NCBI GenBank assembly: GCA_037133475.1
Contig: JBAXOB010000022.1
Coordinates: forward strand, 571 to 64,570
Direction of reading: 5' to 3'
Length of the DNA stretch: 64,000 nt
Origin: Bacteroidota bacterium
Lineage (GTDB): Bacteria; Bacteroidota; Bacteroidia; Bacteroidales; FEN-979
Shown: positions 40,641-49,324 of the stretch, piece by piece
How positions within the stretch are numbered: position 1 is the first letter of the stretch
How the letters are laid out: each line of letters opens with the position of its first letter
Notes under the pieces: generated by a model
What the model was told of the DNA's origin: nothing
Database searches by the model: none
The model's input: the letters and a program-made list of their open reading frames with translations, nothing else
Program-made: the position numbers and the translations under genes

Positions 40641-41816
40641 TCACCGCAACAACATCAGCGTACCCCGGTTGCTGATTTTTGCTTTCTTGTTGTCTTCATA
40701 ATAGATGACCCAGAAATAGACCCCTTCGGGACAAACCGTGCCCGACCGGGTGCCATCCCACGAGTCCAGGATATCCTGGGTGTTGAAGACCAGCTGTCCC
40801 CAGCGGTTGAATATCTGCAGGTTAAATTGGGTTATGTTTTCGGGCGGGAGGCCGACGATGCGGAATTTGTCATTCACCCCGTCGCCATTAGGGGTAAAGG
40901 CATCCGGCATCCCGGGGATAACCACGACCGTAACGTGGTCAATATATTCCTGGCCGCTGCAGAGAGTGCAAACGGCAGTATAGGTTGTCGTCTCCATGGG
41001 GCTGACTACCAGACTTTTCTGGTCCGACAGGAATTCCGATCCCTTGTACCAATGGTACGTAATTTTATCCCCCGGTGTGATCGGCTCCAGCCTGTACGGG
41101 ATCTGGGTCACTGTATAATTGTCGGCTGATGCCGGCACGTAGCGCCATCCCTCCTGGCCGGCGCTCCATGAGGTCCAGTTCCGGTTTTTATTGGGAATGG
41201 TGTCGCAGAGAAATCCCGTTTCATTTTGCAGGCCAAGGGTTCCGCGGTTATCCTTCCAACCGCAGGCAGGCTTGCTGAAGATATGATTTTCGATGGTATC
41301 ACCCTCTATCAAAACAATCTGGAAAGTGGCCATCGTAGTGGGGCAGTCGAACATGGGGCACTGGCACCACATCACTACCAGCTTACGGTGCGGCGCCTCC
41401 CCTACAGTCTGGTAAAAAATATAGGGACTTCCTGCCGCTATGGGGTTATAATCCTGCATGGAACCCAGGATGCAGTCCTTCGGGCTTGTCGGCGCCGCGC
41501 TCGGGATACGCATGTTACTGGTAGCACCCCAGAACGGCTGATGGGTAAAACTGATCCATCCGTTCTCACCAATTGAAAACGTAGTATGCTTCTTCCCGTA
41601 AAAGGTAAAGGTGAAACCGATGTCAAAGGGGCCTTCAACCCTGTTATCCTGGGTATAGACCCCGGTAGCAACCTTCCCGAAGGTTGCGGTAAGGGTAACC
41701 GGAACGCCCGGGTTGATGGTATCGTCAACGCCGGCAGAAAACTGGGCAAATGAATGTTGAGAGATAATCACCAGGAACAGCAGAAATAACAGGACTGGCA
41801 TAAACCCCCCAAACAT
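40641..41816 (-). CDS. T9SS type B sorting-domain (gliding-motility-associated C-terminal domain) protein
   Basis: The C-terminus DAFTPNGDGVNDKFRIVGL...FNRWGQLVFNT...WDGT...GVYFWVIYY is the CHU_C / type B CTD. I prefer the start at 41816 or 41801 (MFGGFMPVLLFLLFLVIISQHSFAQ). The track ORF extends to 41927 through a 7-bp repeat. Confidence 0.8.
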   Translation of the reverse strand: MFGGFMPVLLFLLFLVIISQHSFAQFSAGVDDTINPGVPVTLTATFGKVATGVYTQDNRVEGPFDIGFTFTFYGKKHTTFSIGENGWISFTHQPFWGATSNMRIPSAAPTSPKDCILGSMQDYNPIAAGSPYIFYQTVGEAPHRKLVVMWCQCPMFDCPTTMATFQIVLIEGDTIENHIFSKPACGWKDNRGTLGLQNETGFLCDTIPNKNRNWTSWSAGQEGWRYVPASADNYTVTQIPYRLEPITPGDKITYHWYKGSEFLSDQKSLVVSPMETTTYTAVCTLCSGQEYIDHVTVVVIPGMPDAFTPNGDGVNDKFRIVGLPPENITQFNLQIFNRWGQLVFNTQDILDSWDGTRSGTVCPEGVYFWVIYYEDNKKAKISNRGTLMLLR

Positions 41817-41823
41817 CCCCTGA

Positions 41824-41879
41824 ATTTCGCATTTCGCATTTCGCATTTCACATTTCACATTTCGCATTTCGCATTTAGT
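41824..41879 (-). repeat. Tandem heptanucleotide array, GCGAAAT/GTGAAAT x7 plus a degenerate unit
   Basis: The plus strand reads ATTTCGC x3, ATTTCAC x2, ATTTCGC x2, then ATTTAGT. The array ends 8 nt upstream of the ATG at 41816. Confidence 0.95.
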
Positions 41880-42087
41880 GACCCGTGACAAGTTGCGGCT
41901 ATTTTTAACGATTATCATCAATGGCAATCAGTTAGATTGAAAAGTCGGTTTTAATTCCTCCGGTTTTTTTTTTAAAAAAACACCTTGTTATCAGGTATGG
42001 AAAATCCTGATCAGCAAAAACCTGGAAGGTTTAAATATTCCTCCAGACTTTTCCAAGCAAATATCCAGATTTTAACTGAAATAATTT

Positions 42088-42095
42088 TACTTTTG
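42088..42095 (+). promoter_or_regulatory. Candidate -7 promoter box (TACTTTTG) for glyA
   Basis: It matches TAnnTTTG and lies about 60 nt upstream of the glyA ATG in an AT-rich spacer. Confidence 0.35.
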
Positions 42096-42155
42096 TTCCT
42101 CCGAACGACCTTCATTAAACTCAACGATATTAAATCTCCAAAATTTTAACCCTCT

Positions 42156-43436
42156 ATGAAAAAAGATAGCGCGATTTTCAAGGTCATCAAGGATGAATTG
42201 CACAGACAAACCAGCGGACTCGAGCTGATTGCATCGGAAAATTTTGTCAGCGAACAGGTATTGAAAGCCATGGGCTCCTGCCTGACCAACAAATATGCCG
42301 AGGGATATCCCGGCAAACGTTACTATGGCGGCTGCCAGAACGTCGATATTTCGGAGCAGCTCGCCATTGACCGCGCCAAAGACCTGTTCAACGCCGATTA
42401 TGCCAACGTGCAGCCCCATTCGGGCGCCCAGGCCAACATGGCGGTGCTGATGACCTGCCTCAAACCCGGCGATACCTTTATGGGTCTCGACCTGGCGCAC
42501 GGCGGACATTTGTCGCATGGCTCCCCGGTCAACTCCTCGGGAATCCTCTACAAGGCGGTTGCCTACCAGGTTGAACAGGAATCGGGCGTGATCGACTATG
42601 ACAAAATGGAGGAGAAGGCCGTGGCCCTTAAACCAAAGCTGATCATCGCCGGCGCCTCCGCCTATTCGCGCGACTGGGATTACCGCCGCATGCGGAGCAT
42701 CGCCGACAAGATCGGCGCCCTGCTGCTGGCCGACATCGCCCATCCTGCCGGGCTCATTGCCCGCGGATTGCTCAACGACCCGATGCCCCACTGCCATATC
42801 GTGACCACCACGACCCATAAAACCCTCCGCGGACCGCGCGGCGGCATGATCCTCATGGGAAAAGATTTCGAGAACCCCTGGAAACTCACCACCCCCAAAG
42901 GCGAGATCAAAATGATGTCGCAGCTGCTCGACTCGGCCGTGTTCCCCGGTATCCAGGGCGGCCCGCTCGAACATGTCATCGCCGCCAAGGCTGTCTCATT
43001 TTTCGAAGCGCTCTCCGACGATTACATGGAATATGTGATCCAGGTAAAGAAAAATGCCGCTGCCATGGCCAAAGCCTTTATCGATAAGGGCTACCATATT
43101 ATTTCCGACGGAACCGACAACCACCTGATGCTCATCGACCTGAGGACCAAATTCCCCAACATCACCGGGAAACAGGTTGAAAACACCCTCGTCAGGGCCG
43201 ATATCACCGTGAATAAAAACATGGTGCCCTTCGACAGCCGGTCGCCCTTCCAGACCTCGGGGCTGCGCGTGGGAACACCCGCCATTACCACACGGGGACT
43301 TAAGGAAAAACATATGCTTCAGATTGTCACCCTGATCGACGAGGTGATCAGCGACATCGAAAATGAAGCCAAGATCATCACCATCGGGAAAAAGGTCAAT
43401 GAGATGATGGCTGAATTCCCGTTGTTTGCCTACTAA
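42156..43436 (+). CDS. glyA: Serine hydroxymethyltransferase
   Basis: [10 protein letters not shown] and the PLP-lysine region [14 protein letters not shown] are present, at 426 aa. Confidence 0.97.
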   Translation: MKKDSAIFKVIKDELHRQTSGLELIASENFVSEQVLKAMGSCLTNKYAEGYPGKRYYGGCQNVDISEQLAIDRAKDLFNADYANVQPHSGAQANMAVLMTCLKPGDTFMGLDLAHGGHLSHGSPVNSSGILYKAVAYQVEQESGVIDYDKMEEKAVALKPKLIIAGASAYSRDWDYRRMRSIADKIGALLLADIAHPAGLIARGLLNDPMPHCHIVTTTTHKTLRGPRGGMILMGKDFENPWKLTTPKGEIKMMSQLLDSAVFPGIQGGPLEHVIAAKAVSFFEALSDDYMEYVIQVKKNAAAMAKAFIDKGYHIISDGTDNHLMLIDLRTKFPNITGKQVENTLVRADITVNKNMVPFDSRSPFQTSGLRVGTPAITTRGLKEKHMLQIVTLIDEVISDIENEAKIITIGKKVNEMMAEFPLFAY

Positions 43437-43441
43437 AGCCT

Positions 43442-43688
43442 GAATGCGGGAATGCGGGAATGCGGGAATGCAGGAATGCGGGAATGCGGGAATGCAGGAA
43501 TGCGGGAATGCAGGAATGCGGGAATGCGGGAATGCGGGAATGCGGGAATGCAGGAATGCAGGAATGCGGACAATGCAAACAATGCAGGCAATGCAGGCAA
43601 TGCAAACAATGCAGGCAATGAAAATAATGCAGGAATGCAGGAATGCAGAAATGCAGAAATGCAGAAATGCAGAAATGCAGGAATTAAG
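43442..43688 (+). repeat. Compound tandem-repeat array: 16 x 8 bp (GAATGCGG/GAATGCAG), 7 x 9 bp (RCAATGCAR), then 7 x 8 bp (RAATGCAG)
   Basis: Units were counted by hand: 43442-43569 (8-mers), 43570-43632 (9-mers) and 43633-43688 (8-mers, last unit degenerate GAATTAAG). The array begins 5 nt after the glyA stop and lies 200 nt upstream of sixA-ppk1. Confidence 0.95.
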
Positions 43689-43889
43689 GAGTGAATAATG
43701 AAAGAGTGGGGATTTTCGGGCAGTGCTGTTTTGATCTCTTTGTGTTCTTTGTGCCTTCATCGTGTCATTGTGGTTTAAAAAATTAATGATTATTTAACCT
43801 TTCAACAACTGCTTTTTTAGATCGGAATTGGATTATTTCCGTTATTCGTAGTTCATCATTCGATATTCATTATTCATTATTCTCCATAA

Positions 43890-44384
43890 ATGAAAACCCT
43901 CTATCTGGTCCGTCACGCAAAATCAGCCTGGGAAGAGCCGGGTGTTTCGGATGCCGACCGCCCGCTGATCCCCAAGGGAGTCAAAAAAACGAAGCTGATC
44001 GTGGACTTCCTGCTGAAACGGGAAACCACCATCGACCTGGTGATCTCCAGTCCGGCGGTTCGCGCTTATGAAACCGCGAAAATCGTGGCCGAAGGGTTGA
44101 ACTACCCGGTGAACAAGATCAAAACCGACCGGAAGATCTATGACGGCTATTACGACAGGATCCTCGACATCATCTACGGCACCTCCAACGAGGTGAATTC
44201 GCTGATGATCTTCGGTCATAACCCGACCATCACCAACCTGGCGAACCTCTTTTTGCATCCCGGCATCGAAAGCATGCCGACGTCGTGCGTGGTATGCCTG
44301 TCGTTCAATACCGACCGGTGGGAGGATATCCCTGCCAATGAGGCCATCCACGAGTTTGTCGTTTCACCAAAAACGCTGAAGTAA
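43890..44384 (+). CDS. sixA: SixA-like phosphohistidine phosphatase (histidine phosphatase superfamily)
   Basis: LYLVRHAKSAW..DADRPL..G, VISSPAVRAYETA and MIFGHNPT are present, at 164 aa. The stop codon abuts the ppk1 ATG with zero spacer. Confidence 0.65.
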   Translation: MKTLYLVRHAKSAWEEPGVSDADRPLIPKGVKKTKLIVDFLLKRETTIDLVISSPAVRAYETAKIVAEGLNYPVNKIKTDRKIYDGYYDRILDIIYGTSNEVNSLMIFGHNPTITNLANLFLHPGIESMPTSCVVCLSFNTDRWEDIPANEAIHEFVVSPKTLK

Positions 44385-46454
44385 ATGGCAGCCAGTGTAA
44401 AAACACCCATCCTCAACCGCGACCTGAACTGGCTGTACTTCAACGGCCGGGTCCTGCAGGAAGCTGCGGACTCGCGCAACCCGCTGCTGGAGCGGCTGAA
44501 GTTCCTGGGTATCTTCTCCAACAACCGCGATGAGTTCTTCCGCGTCAGGGTGGCAACCCTGAACCGGATGCTCAAGGTGGAACACTTCCATTACGACACG
44601 CCTGTAAATCCCAAGAAGGCGCTCAAGGAGATCGGGGTCCTGGTTCAGAACCAGGAACGCGAATTCATGGAGGTTTACGAAAAGATCCTCAGCGACCTGC
44701 GCCTTCAGAACATCTTTATTGTAGATGAAACACAGCTTTCAGAATCACAGGGACAGTTTGTCAGGAAATATTTCCAGGAGAAGGTCCGAGTAGGGCTCTT
44801 CCCGATCATGATCAGCAGTTTGCGTGATATCTCCTCCCTGCGCGATAAATCGATCTACCTTGCGGCAACCATCGGGCGAAAAGACAAAGCCATCAAGGAT
44901 GACTACGCCCTCATTGAACTGCCGACCAAAACCATCTCGCGGTTCCTGATCCTGCCCACCGAGGGCGAAAAGCGCTTCATCATCCTGCTCGACGACATCA
45001 TCCGGTACTGCCTCTCCGAGATCTTCTCGATTTTCGGCTACGACACCTTTTCTGCCTACACGATCAAAATCACGCGCGACGCAGAGATCGATATCGACAC
45101 CGATGTCTCGAAAAGCTTCCTGGAGGTGATGACCGAAAGCCTGAAACAGCGCAAACGCGGCATCCCGGTAAGGTTTGTCTATGACAAATCGATCCCGCAG
45201 GACCTGCTCAGGATCATTACCAAACGGCTGGAGATCACCAAGGACGACCCTATCCGGGGAGGCGGGCGCTATCACAATTTCAAGGATTTCATGGGATTTC
45301 CCAACCTCGACCACCGGGAACTCGAATATGAGCCCTTTGTTCCGTTGAAACACCGCGACCTGCCCATGAACCGGAGCATCCTCTCCTCGATCAGGCAGAA
45401 GGACATCATGCTGCATTATCCCTACCAGTCATTCCAGTATATCATCGACCTGCTGCGCGAAGCCTCCATCGATCCGAAGGTGCGGTCGATCAAAATGACC
45501 ATCTACCGGGCTGCAAAAAACTCAAGCGTCATCAACGCCCTGATAAATGCCGCCCGCAACGGCAAGTTTGTCACGGTCTTTATGGAACTGCAGGCACGTT
45601 TCGACGAGGAGGCCAACATCTTCTGGACGGAACGGCTTCGCGAAGAGGGAGTCAAGGTCATCCACAGCATCCCCGGCTTCAAGGTCCACAGCAAACTGCT
45701 CCTCATCCGCAGGAAAGAAAACAATGACAACTTCTTCTACTCCTTCATCGGTACCGGGAACTTTAACGAGGATACCGCCAGGATCTATTCCGATGTCGCC
45801 CTGCTGACGGCAAACCAGGAGATCTGTACCGACGTGGTGAATGCATTCCACCTGATTGAAGAGAGCTACCGGCCCTATAAATTCAAAGCGCTGATCGTGG
45901 CCCCTGTCAACATGCGCAATTTCTACATCAAGATGCTTCAAAATGAGATGCGCAACGCTGTCAAAGGCAAAGAGGCCTGGGTGATCATCAAACTGAACAG
46001 CCTGGTCGACGCCACGATGGTTAAAAAACTCTACAAGGCAAGCCAGGCAGGGGTAAAGATCAAACTGATCATCCGCGGCATCTGCACCCTCATCCCGGGC
46101 ATTCCAGGGCTCAGCGACAACATCGAAGCCATCAGCATCGTCGACCGTTTCCTCGAGCATGCCCGTATTTTGGCCTTTTGCAACGGCGGCGACAACCAGT
46201 ACTATATCACCTCGGCCGACTGGATGGTGCGGAATTTCGACAACCGTATCGAGGTCGCCACCCCCATCCGGGATCCGGGCATCAAGGAACTGCTCAGGAA
46301 AATCCTCGAAATCCAGCTTTCCGACAATGTCAAGGCCCGCATCATCAGCCGGGATGAGCAAAACCAGTACAAAAAAACCGACGGACCCGCCATCAGGTCG
46401 CAGGTGGAGATCTATAACTACCTGAGGGACCAGGTTGGGGAAGTTGCAAAATAA
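44385..46454 (+). CDS. ppk1: Polyphosphate kinase 1
   Basis: The N-terminus is NRDLNWLYFNGRVLQEA.....PLLERLKFLGIFSNNRDEFF. The protein is 689 aa and has the HSKLLLI region. Confidence 0.93.
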   Translation: MAASVKTPILNRDLNWLYFNGRVLQEAADSRNPLLERLKFLGIFSNNRDEFFRVRVATLNRMLKVEHFHYDTPVNPKKALKEIGVLVQNQEREFMEVYEKILSDLRLQNIFIVDETQLSESQGQFVRKYFQEKVRVGLFPIMISSLRDISSLRDKSIYLAATIGRKDKAIKDDYALIELPTKTISRFLILPTEGEKRFIILLDDIIRYCLSEIFSIFGYDTFSAYTIKITRDAEIDIDTDVSKSFLEVMTESLKQRKRGIPVRFVYDKSIPQDLLRIITKRLEITKDDPIRGGGRYHNFKDFMGFPNLDHRELEYEPFVPLKHRDLPMNRSILSSIRQKDIMLHYPYQSFQYIIDLLREASIDPKVRSIKMTIYRAAKNSSVINALINAARNGKFVTVFMELQARFDEEANIFWTERLREEGVKVIHSIPGFKVHSKLLLIRRKENNDNFFYSFIGTGNFNEDTARIYSDVALLTANQEICTDVVNAFHLIEESYRPYKFKALIVAPVNMRNFYIKMLQNEMRNAVKGKEAWVIIKLNSLVDATMVKKLYKASQAGVKIKLIIRGICTLIPGIPGLSDNIEAISIVDRFLEHARILAFCNGGDNQYYITSADWMVRNFDNRIEVATPIRDPGIKELLRKILEIQLSDNVKARIISRDEQNQYKKTDGPAIRSQVEIYNYLRDQVGEVAK

Positions 46455-46830
46455 CGAGGCATCAAAAAAAGGTAAGGTAAACTTTAAATTTGAACTTAAA
46501 CCAGAGCGCAACCAGGTGGTCTTCTTAAAACTGATCTTCCGTATCGTCTTCAACAAGTACCTCCTGACAACGGTGGCATTCGTGGTATGGATGCTGTTTT
46601 TCGACAGCAACAACCTGCTTACCCGGAACAAACTGCAGGAAAAACTCGACCTCCTGAATGTTGAGAAACAGTTTTACATGCAGGAAGTAAGGAAAGATTC
46701 AGCCCTTACGCGGCAGCTGGTGAGCGACAGCGCCCAGCTGGAGAAGTATGCTCGGGAACATTACCTGATGAAAAAACCTAACGAAGATCTTTACCTGGTG
46801 ATCGACACTACTGGGGATCGACATCCATAA
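46435..46830 (+). CDS. Septum formation initiator (FtsB/DivIC-like) family protein
   Basis: A single TM helix (LLTTVAFVVWMLFF) is followed by a coiled coil (LQEKLDLLNVEKQFYMQEVRKD) and ..EKYAREHYLMKKPNEDLY. The exact start is uncertain. It overlaps the ppk1 end and the convergent priA end. Confidence 0.55.
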   Translation: MGKLQNNEASKKGKVNFKFELKPERNQVVFLKLIFRIVFNKYLLTTVAFVVWMLFFDSNNLLTRNKLQEKLDLLNVEKQFYMQEVRKDSALTRQLVSDSAQLEKYAREHYLMKKPNEDLYLVIDTTGDRHP

Positions 46831-49306
46831 GCACCCTGACCTGGCTGAAACCGGGTACCCTCCTGAACGCCTCCACCTCGTCGGACAACATCCGCTTCAT
46901 CGTCACGGTGGAGGCCTCCCGCTCGATTTTAACCATGATATGCTTGATGTAATAATTCATGATCCGGGCGACCATCGGGAATTCGGGGCCCAGGATCCGC
47001 TTGCCAAACCTCTTCCTCAGCGATTTTGCAAGCAAATCGGCAGCCTTGTTGAGCAGATCGGCATCCTTGTGCTTTAACCGCACCAGCACCAGCCTGACAT
47101 AGGGAGGATATTTGAACTTCTGCCGCTCGGCCATCTGCCGCCGGAACATGGCGATGTAATCGTTTTTCACCACATCACGGATCACGGCATGTTCAGGATT
47201 ATAGGTCTGGATGATCACCCTGCCCTGGTTGTTTTTCCGGCCCGACCTCCCGCTGACCTGGGCCATCAGCTGGTAGCTGCGTTCGGCAGCCCTGAAATCA
47301 GGATAACTCAACATGTTGTCGGCATTCAGGATACACACCAGGCTGACATGATCAAAATCAAGTCCCTTGGTCACCATCTGCGTCCCCACGAGGATGTCGA
47401 TCTTGCGGGCCTCAAAATCCCCGAGGATCTGCTGGAGCGAATGCTTGCTGCGGGTGGTGTCGAGATCCATCCGGCTAATACGTGCCTTCGGGAAAAGCAG
47501 GGCAAGTTCCTCCTCAACTTTTTCAGTCCCAAACCCTTTCATCCTGATGCTGACCCCATTGCATTCGGGGCATTTGTCGGGGATCCGGGTGACAAACCCG
47601 CAGTAATGACACCGCAGCTGGTTGCTTTTCTTGTGATAAACCAGCGTCACGTCGCAGTTTTTGCAATTGGGCATCCAGTGGCACATGTCGCATTCAAGCC
47701 TGAGTGAAAACCCCCTCCGGTTTTGGAAAAGAATGACCTGCTGGCCCGCCCCGAGCGCCGATTCAAGCTGCTCCAGCAATGTTGACGAAAAATGGCTCTT
47801 CATCCGGCCCTGGCGCATCGCCTCCTTGACATTGACCACCTCGATCACCGGCATCTCCATGTTGGCATACCTTTCCGACAATTCCACAAGGCCGTACTTT
47901 CCCTGGATGGCGTTGAAATAGGTTTCAACGGCAGGGGTGGCCGAACCCAGCAGGGTTTTTGCGCCGTGCACCAGGGCAAGGTAAATGGCGGCATCGCGGC
48001 CGTTGTAACGGGGGGCCGGATCCATCTGTTTAAAGGAGGAATCATGCTCCTCATCCACCACGACCAGCCCGAGATTTGAAAAGGGCAGCAACACCGCGGA
48101 GCGTGCGCCCAGGATGATATCATACTGGCGGGTCACCCCGGCGCCACCCTTGTTTTTTTCAAGAACCGCATTCCAGATGTCAACCCGCTCATGCACGTTG
48201 AAGCGCGAATGATAAACCCCTACCCTGTCGCCGAAATATTTCCTGAGCCGGGTGATGATCTGAGTGGTCAGCGCGATTTCGGGCAACAAAAACAAAACCT
48301 GTTTTCCCTGGTCAACCACCTCCCTGATCAGCTTGATATAGAGCTCTGTCTTTCCGCTCGAGGTAACCCCGTGCAGCAGCACCACCTCCTTCGCGGCAAA
48401 CTGTTCGCGGATCTGGTCCAGCGCCTGCTGCTGCCCCCCGGTGAGTTCGATGGTGTCGGTTGAGACACCCGGCCCGCCTCCCTCGAAGCGGCTGACAAGT
48501 TTTTCATAGGTTTCAAACACCCCCTTCCCGACGAGGTTGTCAAGCTGGGCAGCCGTTCCCTTCGACAGTTTCAGCAAATCCTGGCGTTTTACCTCGACCG
48601 GCTCCCCGAAGCCGAAATGCGACAGGCTGACAAAGGTCATGATGACCTCAAGCTGCTTCCGGGCACGTTTTTCCAGTTGGTCAAAAAGCTCCTTCATGGC
48701 CTCGTCGGAGGCAAAATCCTCCGTAAGCCTCACGAAGGTTTCGTGTTTGGGTTTGTAGGGGTCGTTGAGCTCTTCCTCCGGGAGGATGATCCCCTTTTCA
48801 ATCATTCCTTTGATGACAGGGATGGTTTTCTGCAGGTCAAGGATCTTCGAGACCTCTGATATGGCAATGGTTTTACGGTTATGCAGCGCCTCCAGCAACA
48901 ACAGCTCTTTCTCGTTCAGCCCCGGAAGGTCATCGGGCAATACCGGGTTCAGGGCTATCTTGGATTCGCTGGCCAGCTTGAAGGCCGAGGGCAGGGCCGC
49001 ATTCATGACCTCCCCCGGGTGACAGAGATAGTATCCTGCAATCCACTCCCAGAATTCAACCTGGACAGGGGTAACAACCGGATCTTCATCCAGTACCGAA
49101 AAGAGGTATTTGGGGCTGTAGTCGGCAGGAGGGACCTCGTGAACCCTGTTAACCAGCGCGGTATAGATCTTCCTGGCCCCGAACTGTACCACCACCCTTA
49201 CGCCGGGTTTCACCTGGTCATTCAGTTCGAAAGGCACCCTGTAGGTAAAGGTACCGCCCACGGGTAAAGGCAACAGGACGTCGGCAAACAGGGTGATCCG
49301 TTCCAA
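46808..49306 (-). CDS. priA: Primosomal protein N' (replication restart helicase)
   Basis: Walker A is HGVTSSGKTE and the DEAH-like box is VVDEEHD. The Cys-rich zinc region is CDMCHWMPNCKNCDVTLVYH...CHYCGF...CPEC. Confidence 0.93.
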   Translation of the reverse strand: MERITLFADVLLPLPVGGTFTYRVPFELNDQVKPGVRVVVQFGARKIYTALVNRVHEVPPADYSPKYLFSVLDEDPVVTPVQVEFWEWIAGYYLCHPGEVMNAALPSAFKLASESKIALNPVLPDDLPGLNEKELLLLEALHNRKTIAISEVSKILDLQKTIPVIKGMIEKGIILPEEELNDPYKPKHETFVRLTEDFASDEAMKELFDQLEKRARKQLEVIMTFVSLSHFGFGEPVEVKRQDLLKLSKGTAAQLDNLVGKGVFETYEKLVSRFEGGGPGVSTDTIELTGGQQQALDQIREQFAAKEVVLLHGVTSSGKTELYIKLIREVVDQGKQVLFLLPEIALTTQIITRLRKYFGDRVGVYHSRFNVHERVDIWNAVLEKNKGGAGVTRQYDIILGARSAVLLPFSNLGLVVVDEEHDSSFKQMDPAPRYNGRDAAIYLALVHGAKTLLGSATPAVETYFNAIQGKYGLVELSERYANMEMPVIEVVNVKEAMRQGRMKSHFSSTLLEQLESALGAGQQVILFQNRRGFSLRLECDMCHWMPNCKNCDVTLVYHKKSNQLRCHYCGFVTRIPDKCPECNGVSIRMKGFGTEKVEEELALLFPKARISRMDLDTTRSKHSLQQILGDFEARKIDILVGTQMVTKGLDFDHVSLVCILNADNMLSYPDFRAAERSYQLMAQVSGRSGRKNNQGRVIIQTYNPEHAVIRDVVKNDYIAMFRRQMAERQKFKYPPYVRLVLVRLKHKDADLLNKAADLLAKSLRKRFGKRILGPEFPMVARIMNYYIKHIMVKIEREASTVTMKRMLSDEVEAFRRVPGFSQVRVLMDVDPQ

Positions 49307-49324
49307 AAATATCGATTTGCTTGT

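Noticed and set aside
41817-41927. An N-terminal extension of the T9SS type-B protein (MPLMIIVKNSRNLSRVTKCEMRNVKCEMRNAKCEIQG).
   Set aside because: The extension is a translation of the 7-bp repeat and its flank. The signal peptide starts at 41816/41801. In-frame ATGs inside the repeat remain possible and are discussed under findings.
42088-42155. A riboswitch (ZTP/THF-type) in the glyA leader.
   Set aside because: The leader is short, AT-rich and lacks the GC-rich conserved cores of those riboswitches.
42996-43760. ORFs translating the repeat array into peptides such as IPAFPHSRIPAFPHS, MRECGNAGMQECGNAG or NAGNAGNANNAG (42996..43760, 43396..43605, 43433..43618, 43444..43698, 43452..43694).
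   Set aside because: The periodicity is at the DNA level (8/9 bp) and the region is open in several frames on both strands. The 254-aa ORF also runs antisense through the glyA 3' end. These are artefacts of a stop-free tandem repeat, not genes.
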